Below, in pieces: positions 56,389-64,000 of a stretch of DNA of 64,000 nt. The notes under the pieces were generated by a model. That model had not been told where the DNA came from. It was given only the letters and a program-made list of their open reading frames with translations, and did no database searches. This stretch comes from a virus. Its lineage: Duplodnaviria > Caudoviricetes. The position numbers and the translations under genes were made by a program. Within the stretch, counting starts at the first letter, position 1. Every line of letters begins with the position of its first letter. The DNA is taken from IMG/VR virus record IMGVR_UViG_3300030708_002798; one strand, given 5' to 3'.

Positions 56389-56470
56389 GTGATTTCCGTG
56401 TCGATGAACATAATATAAAGCACCCTGACCCGTAAGTCAAGGTGCATGTGACAATTCCCAAACTGGTTGG
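56389..56470 (-). promoter_or_regulatory. Early palindrome/promoter cassette copy with stem-loop
   Basis: TGTGACAA-N8-CTGGTTGG at 56447-56470; hairpin GCACCCTGAC...GTCAAGGTGC at 56420-56445; TTGACT...TATTAT on the minus strand. Confidence 0.65.
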
Positions 56471-56472
56471 GG

Positions 56473-56637
56473 TCAGATCATTTTAATCGTTTCTTGTTGT
56501 TTGAAATATAATTTAATATAAGTCTTTAGCATATTTTGGAGAACTTCGACATCATCAATCTTATCAACATCTCTTGACAACTTCTCATACTCAAAGGATT
56601 TTGAGGGGGTGGTCAATGATATTTTAGATGGGTCCAT
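56473..56637 (-). CDS. Putative NblA-like phycobilisome-degradation peptide (54 aa), not in ORF track
   Basis: MDPSKISLTTPSKSFEYEKLSRDVDKIDDVEVLQNMLKTYIKLYFKQQETIKMI; GGAG SD upstream; size and two-helix hydrophobic pattern resemble NblA. Confidence 0.5.
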   Translation of the reverse strand: MDPSKISLTTPSKSFEYEKLSRDVDKIDDVEVLQNMLKTYIKLYFKQQETIKMI

Positions 56638-56690
56638 GAAAATACTCCTATGCTATTACATCAGAAGTATATAGATGAGTCTCACCTTTG

Positions 56691-58364
56691 TCAACTAATT
56701 AGAATAAATGGAGCCGTTGTTACCTTTGCAAGTTTTGATTTGTTGTTATTTGATTTGAACTCCTTGACAAATGCCTCCTCAGTTAGTACACCTTTCTGTT
56801 TTGAATGGAAAACCTTGGATCCCTTCTTAGACATTAAACCATATAATGTTAAAGAAATCTGCTTTTTGAAGTATTTCTTAAGGTCTGCACCTTGTCTAGT
56901 ATACATCCAAAGTCCCTGAGCATGAACATAGTCATTCTGTAAGGTCTTGGGAACACCAGTAACCTTCATATTATCTTTATCAATGGTTCCCATAGCACCA
57001 TGAGGACTGGTCAAACTCTTGTTCTTACATAGTTTAGACACTGCTATTCTATACTCTTGGAAGGAATCTTTCGGATTTCCTGTAGCATTGTCATATTTCT
57101 TACAGAACTCCTTAATTATATTATTATCAGCAGCATCATAGAGCACTAATACGTCTTTATTCACCATATTCAATGCTTTTCTATACTCTGCGTTCAAAGT
57201 TTTGGGTACTTTCTTACTATCAACTGCGAAATCAAATCCTTTCTTTCTAAGACCTTTAACTTCACGAACCATCTGATTGTATCGTGGGTATCGTTTTAAG
57301 ATTGGTAGTGTAATTGCATAGGAAGCACCACCCACGAATCCCATTTGTCCCTGCTCAGCAGCATTAAATCCAGATCTACCAATCTGTAGATTTATCTTTG
57401 CAATTTTATCTGAGATGTCTACTGCTTTATAGTTGAATTTATAATTGACAGCAAAGACTGCTCTAGGTTCTGTAGGTAAAATCTCAACGACTTCTACCAT
57501 TTCATCGATAAGTTTATATAATTCTGCACGATTCTCAATCGTCTCAACTCTTGCAAGAAACTCTGTATATGGATCTAGATTTAACTGTAAGTCACCACTA
57601 GCACCAGCAATAGTACCTACAATCTTAAGATCTGCTTTTCTATTTGATGGAACTTTCTTCAACGAAATACCCATCATATCTTTATTACTGAAATGTTTAT
57701 TAGTCAGGGTTCTAAAAGTATTCTGACCAGTAGTACCATGAGCAAGATTATTAAGTATGTCCATATCAGATACATCATTACCAAAAATTTTATCTTCGTA
57801 TTCTTTAAGAATTGCATTTTGCTTTGACTTCTTAACTAGAATAATATCAATAGACGAAAGAATATCTGCACCAACACTCTTTGGTAGGTTCAATGCTTCC
57901 ATTGTACGTTTCAATGATTCATCTTTTACTGAAATCATAAACTGTGATGCTTGATCATGAACAACATATTGATTCAAACTACCAACTATTGAATTGGTTT
58001 TCAATGACTCAGCAGTAGAATACGCAGATTTAATCTCAGCATCTAATCTTGTAGGTCCACCCTCAGGTGTAGAATGTCCCTTACCATCAGGAAAATCTTC
58101 TTTGAATTTTTTTAGACTATAACTATCACCAGAACCACTCTTCTCTAATGCTTTTCTTTCATTAGCATATATGTCTTTGATTCTTTTCAGATCAAATCCT
58201 GGTGCTAAATTGCCTTTGAGTTTTGTAAGACCAGTCTCATCATTATTAAAGTAATATTCACGAATAATCTCACTAAATTCTACAATGTTTGCAGAACTTT
58301 GATTATTACAAAAGTAACTAATGGCAGCACAAGTTATTGCTTCCCTTGGAGTAGTCTGAGCCAT
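56691..58364 (-). CDS. Hypothetical protein, possible restriction-endonuclease-like fold
   Basis: 557 aa; TTPREAITC, SIDIILVKK, GISLKK; late promoter ATAAATA at 58388-58394. Confidence 0.6.
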   Translation of the reverse strand: MAQTTPREAITCAAISYFCNNQSSANIVEFSEIIREYYFNNDETGLTKLKGNLAPGFDLKRIKDIYANERKALEKSGSGDSYSLKKFKEDFPDGKGHSTPEGGPTRLDAEIKSAYSTAESLKTNSIVGSLNQYVVHDQASQFMISVKDESLKRTMEALNLPKSVGADILSSIDIILVKKSKQNAILKEYEDKIFGNDVSDMDILNNLAHGTTGQNTFRTLTNKHFSNKDMMGISLKKVPSNRKADLKIVGTIAGASGDLQLNLDPYTEFLARVETIENRAELYKLIDEMVEVVEILPTEPRAVFAVNYKFNYKAVDISDKIAKINLQIGRSGFNAAEQGQMGFVGGASYAITLPILKRYPRYNQMVREVKGLRKKGFDFAVDSKKVPKTLNAEYRKALNMVNKDVLVLYDAADNNIIKEFCKKYDNATGNPKDSFQEYRIAVSKLCKNKSLTSPHGAMGTIDKDNMKVTGVPKTLQNDYVHAQGLWMYTRQGADLKKYFKKQISLTLYGLMSKKGSKVFHSKQKGVLTEEAFVKEFKSNNNKSKLAKVTTAPFILIS

Positions 58365-58440
58365 TAGTTACTCTGTATACTTAGCTATATTTATCCTATC
58401 AACCCTAACAAAGGTAGTCTACTCAAATTATGAGATCTTG

Positions 58441-61400
58441 TCAAGCATAGAATCCAGCATCGATCTCTACATTTACGATATTCAACACATCAACGTCATC
58501 TTCTTCACCAGTATCAACAGTTCCTGCTTCAAAGATTGTTGTCAATCCAAGAGTGCTGTTAAGGTTGATCAATAAGTTACTTATTTCTAGTTCAGATGGT
58601 AGTCCGTTGACACGCAGTGTACGATCTCTTCCAATTTCACCATCACCAGTGTCAGAAACATCAGTTGCAATAGCAATTCTTCCTGCGGATTGATCGTAGA
58701 AGACACCTGCATACTTATGAGTATTGACACCGACATCATAACGTGCTAAAAGAATACCAACGTCACCAGTATTACCTGCTGCTACGTTTGGTGGAATGAG
58801 TGATCCTTTAACCAGAGGATCCTCAATGTTACCCATTGTGATTAGGTTATCTCTAATATCCAAATCATGGACGTTTAGAGATCCACTAATACCATTTGCA
58901 AATAGACTGTTACATGTTAGATCACTAGTGATTCCAACATCACCAGTACCTTCAGACATCTTAATTGCGATGATACCGTCACCAGCACGCATAGTGCCAG
59001 TTCCAACTTGAATATCACCTGCAAATTCTGTATTACTGTCAGAATCTAAGGTAATGTTATCTTGTCCATCACTTGAACGAATGATATTACCATCTACTTG
59101 AATTGCACCAACAAATCTAGTAAAGTTGACATCATTCATGAAGATGTTAGTCGCACCAGTACCTGCTCTGATGTGATCTGTCTCAACTCTTAGAGCACCA
59201 GTAATACTTGTCTGCTCTTGATTATCTGACAAAGTAATAGCAACCTGTCCATCGGAAGACTGGATGTTATTACCTTTGGTCATTATGTCACCATAAAAAA
59301 TGGTCTTTGTATCATCGACCATTTCGATGTTGGTAATACCAAATCCAGTTAGAAGTTTCTTACCACCAACAATGAGTTCATTAGTTGTTTGTACATATGT
59401 TGATCCAGTACCAACTTCGATTGCAATTACATCATCATCTGAGGTGATTTGATTGTCTCTCAGACGTAAGATACCAGTTTCTGTAATTGTGTTTCTAAAT
59501 GTGATAACACCGACAGATTGACCACCAACAATAATATCTGTACCTTTTGTGAATAGGTCACATTGTTGTGATTGGTCTGCAATGTTGATTACATTAGAAT
59601 CTACCTGAATGTAAGTACCACCAATCTGAACATAACCAACAAACTCAGTTTTAATATCTTCATGTAGAGTTATGTTGGTTGAACCTGTAGATGCTTGAAT
59701 AAAGTCTTCAGACAGTTGTAGTCTCTTAACTTCAGTAACATTACTGCGTATGGTTGTCATACCAGTAGTGTTATCTTGACCAATATCAATAAACTCTGCA
59801 GAACTTGCAACGTTTAGATACCTGACACCATAGTTTACAAGGTCAAATCTGAGATCTGGATCATCCTCAGCAGCATTGATTGCAGTACCAAGAACATTCA
59901 GATTGTTGTGAACATATAGACTCGTGCTAAATGTGTCCAGATAGAAACCTGGGTTCACAAACATCTGTGCTCCGACAGTATTTTGAGTTATACTATCATT
60001 TGCCATTGCTGGATAGTAGAACTCAGGATCTATACTGTTAGTTTGATCCTGTCTTGTTACATCTACATTTTGTGCTCTTCTTGCTGTCGTAATATATGCT
60101 TCACTGATAACATCTTCCTCACCAATTACGATGAGTTGACCTCTAATAGTTGTAATACCAACAAAATTATTGCTTAATGCCTCAACATTAGATAAAATTG
60201 ATTTTCCTGGTTGGACAGTAAAATATACCTCTTCAGTATCTGTTCCACCACCAGCACCACCAACATCTAGATAACCAATGGTTGCTCCTAGACCAACGTC
60301 TAGGTTTATCATATTTACCTGACTATCAGTTCCAGTTGGACCAAAGTCAGCACTTCTAGCAAATATTGTAGCCCAACGTGAGTTCTCAGTACCAATTCCA
60401 TTTTCAACACCATCATTTTGTGGAATTAGTTGATCAATACGAGCATTACTTAATTGTAACTGCAATCCATTACCTTCACTGTCTCCCATAGAGACTTCTG
60501 TTCCAGTAAAATCTACATCTCCAAAGAATCTAGAAGTAACTCTCTGAGTCTTATGATCTAAATCTCTTAATTCTCCAGAACCAGGATCTAATTGTCCACC
60601 AACATAGATTGCTTCACCAACAGATAGTGCATATCCAACTCTTCCATATGCTTTTGCTTCGATACCACCATCAGTAAAGATAGCTGCTGCATATCCAGTG
60701 CTACCAATACCTACTGCTTCATCTGCTTCATTTTCTGCCTCAAGAACTTGTAACTGAACATTACCTGCGTTACCAGATCTTGATACAATTAAATTGCCAT
60801 AAATGTCCATCTCTTCTGTGAAGAGTGAACGTGTTGACACGACAAAATGTGGTGAAATTTGAGATTCTGGTTCACCAAAACCAGAGAAATGTGCTCTACC
60901 AACTGATACTAAAGCAATTTCATTAGTGCCACCTAATGTTCCAACACCTGCCCTTGTTGATTTTGGATTAGCATCAATAACTAATGCACCCTGAATAATA
61001 TCAGTAGTATCATCAAAGTATGATGTAGTTATACCACCAATACCATAGTTTTTAGGACGATAAGTGCCAATACCACCACGCAGAGATTGCATGGCATCAG
61101 CAGCAAACTCAACACTTACTGCTTCCATACCAGCATAGATCCTACCCATGCCAGTATCACGGGCAAGTGTTGTAACACCCGTGACAACTAGATCTCTTGT
61201 AGTTGTTAATCCACCAATATTTACTGGACCAGGGAATGTAGCACCAGTACCAGAGACTGAACCAGAAGAACCACCATCAACGTTCAAATCTCCATCAATT
61301 TGAACATCATCTAAGAAGAATGACTTATTATATACAATTAACGGGTCTTCAGCACCCCTAGTTTGTGCTTCTGATAGATAACCACTTACATCACTACCAA

Positions 61401-61515
61401 TGCCAACACCACCAGTCTCAAACACCATGGATGTTTGGAGACCAATATTTTGATTAGCATCCTTAATATCAATAAAAGACGCAAATTGAGATAGTTCTCT
61501 GCTATTCCTTGTCAT
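58441..61515 (-). CDS. Virion structural/fibre protein with ~42-aa internal repeats
   Basis: 1024 aa, Gly/Thr/Asp-rich; repeated I.(S/A)(SD/GT)G..(N/A)I.L.....T.F.G.(I/L).V.G units; late-promoter-like CTAAATA at 61550-61556. Confidence 0.7.
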   Translation of the reverse strand: MTRNSRELSQFASFIDIKDANQNIGLQTSMVFETGGVGIGSDVSGYLSEAQTRGAEDPLIVYNKSFFLDDVQIDGDLNVDGGSSGSVSGTGATFPGPVNIGGLTTTRDLVVTGVTTLARDTGMGRIYAGMEAVSVEFAADAMQSLRGGIGTYRPKNYGIGGITTSYFDDTTDIIQGALVIDANPKSTRAGVGTLGGTNEIALVSVGRAHFSGFGEPESQISPHFVVSTRSLFTEEMDIYGNLIVSRSGNAGNVQLQVLEAENEADEAVGIGSTGYAAAIFTDGGIEAKAYGRVGYALSVGEAIYVGGQLDPGSGELRDLDHKTQRVTSRFFGDVDFTGTEVSMGDSEGNGLQLQLSNARIDQLIPQNDGVENGIGTENSRWATIFARSADFGPTGTDSQVNMINLDVGLGATIGYLDVGGAGGGTDTEEVYFTVQPGKSILSNVEALSNNFVGITTIRGQLIVIGEEDVISEAYITTARRAQNVDVTRQDQTNSIDPEFYYPAMANDSITQNTVGAQMFVNPGFYLDTFSTSLYVHNNLNVLGTAINAAEDDPDLRFDLVNYGVRYLNVASSAEFIDIGQDNTTGMTTIRSNVTEVKRLQLSEDFIQASTGSTNITLHEDIKTEFVGYVQIGGTYIQVDSNVINIADQSQQCDLFTKGTDIIVGGQSVGVITFRNTITETGILRLRDNQITSDDDVIAIEVGTGSTYVQTTNELIVGGKKLLTGFGITNIEMVDDTKTIFYGDIMTKGNNIQSSDGQVAITLSDNQEQTSITGALRVETDHIRAGTGATNIFMNDVNFTRFVGAIQVDGNIIRSSDGQDNITLDSDSNTEFAGDIQVGTGTMRAGDGIIAIKMSEGTGDVGITSDLTCNSLFANGISGSLNVHDLDIRDNLITMGNIEDPLVKGSLIPPNVAAGNTGDVGILLARYDVGVNTHKYAGVFYDQSAGRIAIATDVSDTGDGEIGRDRTLRVNGLPSELEISNLLINLNSTLGLTTIFEAGTVDTGEEDDVDVLNIVNVEIDAGFYA

Positions 61516-61577
61516 CTATTATTCCCTAGCTAGGTGGATCTCTTAAGAGTATTTAGTTTCTCACAATCTCCTATTTA

Positions 61578-61793
61578 TTACCTAGGATACATTTGACCAG
61601 TCTGTGGTCTTCCTGGTGCGTTCCAACCTCGTTCAAGTGTAGTTAATCCAGATATACTGAAATCTTCAGATTCTAACTCCGAATCTGCAAAGATAGTATT
61701 GATTGTTCTATCTTCAGTACTAGCAACTTGAAAACCAGTAGAAAGACCAGAAGATACGACTGTTGTTAAATCAGAAAAAGCGTAATCTGCCAT
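61578..61793 (-). CDS. Small structural protein, paralogue of 63504-63746
   Basis: MADYAFSDLT...GRPQTGQMYPR. Confidence 0.7.
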   Translation of the reverse strand: MADYAFSDLTTVVSSGLSTGFQVASTEDRTINTIFADSELESEDFSISGLTTLERGWNAPGRPQTGQMYPR

Positions 61794-63487
61794 CAGACTC
61801 TCCTTGCACAGAATAGAATTCCAGCAGTTTCTCCGAATTGATTATATGAACCATGAATTACTTCATATACTTCAGATCCACTGATTGTAATTGTATCTCC
61901 CTGCTGAATATTTGTTTCAGAAGCTGAATACTTGAAGTCAATCATTACAAAATCATCAGGCATATAATATGGACATGGAATCATTTTAGAACAAACTGGA
62001 ATTCCTTTGATAACAGCATTGTATGCAACATCAGAAGATAATTCTGTACCACTATAAGATTGTGATTTATGACCACCAGATCTTCTTACAAATATTCTGT
62101 TTGCACTATCATTAGGTTGAATTTTGTTATAACCACCATCAAGTTGAGATGAGAAATCACTAGCTGCACTGGAAAACTCAGAACCAGTTGATTCATAACT
62201 ATCTACAATATGAACATTATCATTACCACTAACAGTTGTACTGAGATATTTTTGTGCATAACCAGCATGTGCTGTTCTCCAGCAGTTAGCATCTTGAATT
62301 GTATAATAAGATTGAGAATAACTATGCTCCCAGTTAGTCATTCCTCCTATGAATGTTTCAAAATTGAGTCTAGGAACTGATGCTCCAGTAGCATTACTAC
62401 ATTCTCTTCCTTTAATTAAGGTAAGACCACTTTGGAATACGTGATCATAATCCCACAATGAAGATGTATAATTATGCATAAAGAATGTCAGGAATGTATT
62501 ATCATCAATTCCCGTTCCAGATAGTGTTGGTTGAGTGAAAGAAAATACTGCAAATTTAGGATCAATAGATGATTGATACACTCTCAACTTTAGTTCATGA
62601 GTTGTTGGTGAATTTGCTGTTGCAAATCTAATTATAGATCCAGTATCATTAGAACCATCTGCAGCACCTGTCTGATTATTTGCAAGCGAACCTTGTGTTC
62701 CAGAACCAGCTTGTGCTTCAGCATTTTTCAGTCCATAATGTGCAAAATATTGTGAAGTTAATGGGTTATACTGATCGCTATTATAACCTGCAAGATCTAA
62801 ACCTCTTTGACCACAATATCTGTAACCATATCCCATAGCACCATCACTGGTGTCTCTATATGTTGAACTTCCACCATCTGCTGCTTCATCATTGTATAGG
62901 GGTGAATAAGGGTGGAAGTCACTGCCAACATTAAATGTAAGTTGATAATCAGACCAAACTTGAAATGCGCGGAAAGAATTTCCAAATTTCTTATTTGCTT
63001 CTATTTCGTGTCTTAATACACCAAATGGATAGTCAGTTCCTACACCGACATTCTTCACGAAGAATGTTGAGGTTGTTCCGTATGAAACTGTAGATACACC
63101 ACCGTGTACACTTACAGTCACACCAATAGCAACAGCACCATTTGCAGAACCACCAATATCTTCGGCACTAAGAGTTACATATTCACCTTCAGTATATCCA
63201 TAACCAGGACGATTAACATGAAAATCGTTAACATTACCATTAGTATCTCTCGTGACCCAGAAACTTAATCCAGTTCCAATTCCAGTTGTTGTTGAGGTAA
63301 ATACATCTTCATAAGTAGCAGAACCTGAAGTAGAACCACCACCGTCTCTTTCTTTTGCAAAAGTTACGATACCAGTTCTTGTAGCACCATGGAATTCTGC
63401 AATATCAAAAGCTTCTTCTAGTGCAAGAATGACATCAGATCTTGCCCATCCTACGGATTTTGTAATTGTGCTGATGGATACTGCCAT
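61793..63487 (-). CDS. Virion structural protein, member of a tandem paralogue family
   Basis: 564 aa; C-terminal YNAVIKGIP...PCPYYMPDDFVMIDF...QGDTITISGSEVYEVI...GILFCARR; late promoter ATAAATA at 63505-63511. Confidence 0.75.
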   Translation of the reverse strand: MAVSISTITKSVGWARSDVILALEEAFDIAEFHGATRTGIVTFAKERDGGGSTSGSATYEDVFTSTTTGIGTGLSFWVTRDTNGNVNDFHVNRPGYGYTEGEYVTLSAEDIGGSANGAVAIGVTVSVHGGVSTVSYGTTSTFFVKNVGVGTDYPFGVLRHEIEANKKFGNSFRAFQVWSDYQLTFNVGSDFHPYSPLYNDEAADGGSSTYRDTSDGAMGYGYRYCGQRGLDLAGYNSDQYNPLTSQYFAHYGLKNAEAQAGSGTQGSLANNQTGAADGSNDTGSIIRFATANSPTTHELKLRVYQSSIDPKFAVFSFTQPTLSGTGIDDNTFLTFFMHNYTSSLWDYDHVFQSGLTLIKGRECSNATGASVPRLNFETFIGGMTNWEHSYSQSYYTIQDANCWRTAHAGYAQKYLSTTVSGNDNVHIVDSYESTGSEFSSAASDFSSQLDGGYNKIQPNDSANRIFVRRSGGHKSQSYSGTELSSDVAYNAVIKGIPVCSKMIPCPYYMPDDFVMIDFKYSASETNIQQGDTITISGSEVYEVIHGSYNQFGETAGILFCARRV

Positions 63488-63503
63488 TGGTTTTTATTTT
63501 TAG

Positions 63504-63746
63504 TTATTTATTAAATCTGGGATATAGTTGACCATTTGGTGGTCTATCCTGACTGCTATTAAAGACATTTCTGGTAGTAGAATGGTGGGAAAGGTGAAAT
63601 GCTCCTAAAGGAACCCCACCATTAGATACAGTCATATAAAAATCACTATTTCCTGATCTGATGTTATTGCCAGTGGTGAATCTGGCAGTATCATCAGAGT
63701 ACATGTCAGTTGCTGCAGTTAAATGAGAAAATGAGTAATCTGCCAT
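63504..63746 (-). CDS. Small structural protein, paralogue of 61578-61793
   Basis: MADYSFSHLT...DRPPNGQLYPRFNK. Confidence 0.7.
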   Translation of the reverse strand: MADYSFSHLTAATDMYSDDTARFTTGNNIRSGNSDFYMTVSNGGVPLGAFHLSHHSTTRNVFNSSQDRPPNGQLYPRFNK

Positions 63747-64000
63747 TAGGTTGTCCTCGCACAGAATGCAATACCTGTTGTACCTGAACTTTGATAATAT
63801 GATGCAGTAATAATAGTATAAATTTCACTACCACTAATAGTAATCGTATCACCCTGATCAATGAATTGATTAGATCCTGAATAGAAGAAATCAATTAGTA
63901 CAAAATCATCTGGTAGATAATAAGGACAGGGTACTAGATTAGCATTAACAGGAATACCTTTGATAACTGGATTATAATCTATACCCACTACAGATTTATT
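63746..64000 (-). CDS. C-terminal part of a paralogue of 61793-63487 (runs off window end)
   Basis: Frame is open to 64000; YNPVIKGIP...PCPYYLPDDFVLIDF...QGDTITISGSEIY...GIAFCAR. Confidence 0.75.
   Translation of the reverse strand, partial: NKSVVGIDYNPVIKGIPVNANLVPCPYYLPDDFVLIDFFYSGSNQFIDQGDTITISGSEIYTIITASYYQSSGTTGIAFCARTT

Overview
A 64-kb segment of a T4-like marine cyanophage (Synechococcus/Prochlorococcus myovirus type), with essentially all genes on the minus strand. Bases 1-30 kb hold the late virion module: gp25, gp6, a giant gp7-like wedge protein, a gp9/gp10-like fibre, gp8, a 2583-aa baseplate-associated protein, gp13, gp14, gp15 and the start of gp16. Bases 30-33.4 kb encode a flavin-dependent halogenase-like enzyme and a GT-A glycosyltransferase. 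Bases 33.4-47 kb are a hypervariable region of small early ORFs punctuated by a repeated palindrome-plus-promoter cassette (8 copies in the window, the last at 56.4 kb), with a candidate replication origin (divergent sigma70 promoters, DnaA-box-like 9-mers, AT-rich tract). Bases 47-55 kb contain the most unusual locus: two paralogous HxH tail-collar/fibre-tip genes, one carrying a ~260-aa Lys-free, Arg-rich insertion with a poly-Arg tract midway between its HxH motifs. These lie next to a long acidic coiled-coil protein and are flanked by 2OG-Fe(II) oxygenases (9 such genes in the window). Bases 55-64 kb carry an SF2 helicase, an NblA-like peptide missed by the ORF track, a nuclease-like protein and tandem paralogous structural gene pairs. 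All calls come from motif recognition by eye; no database searches were run.
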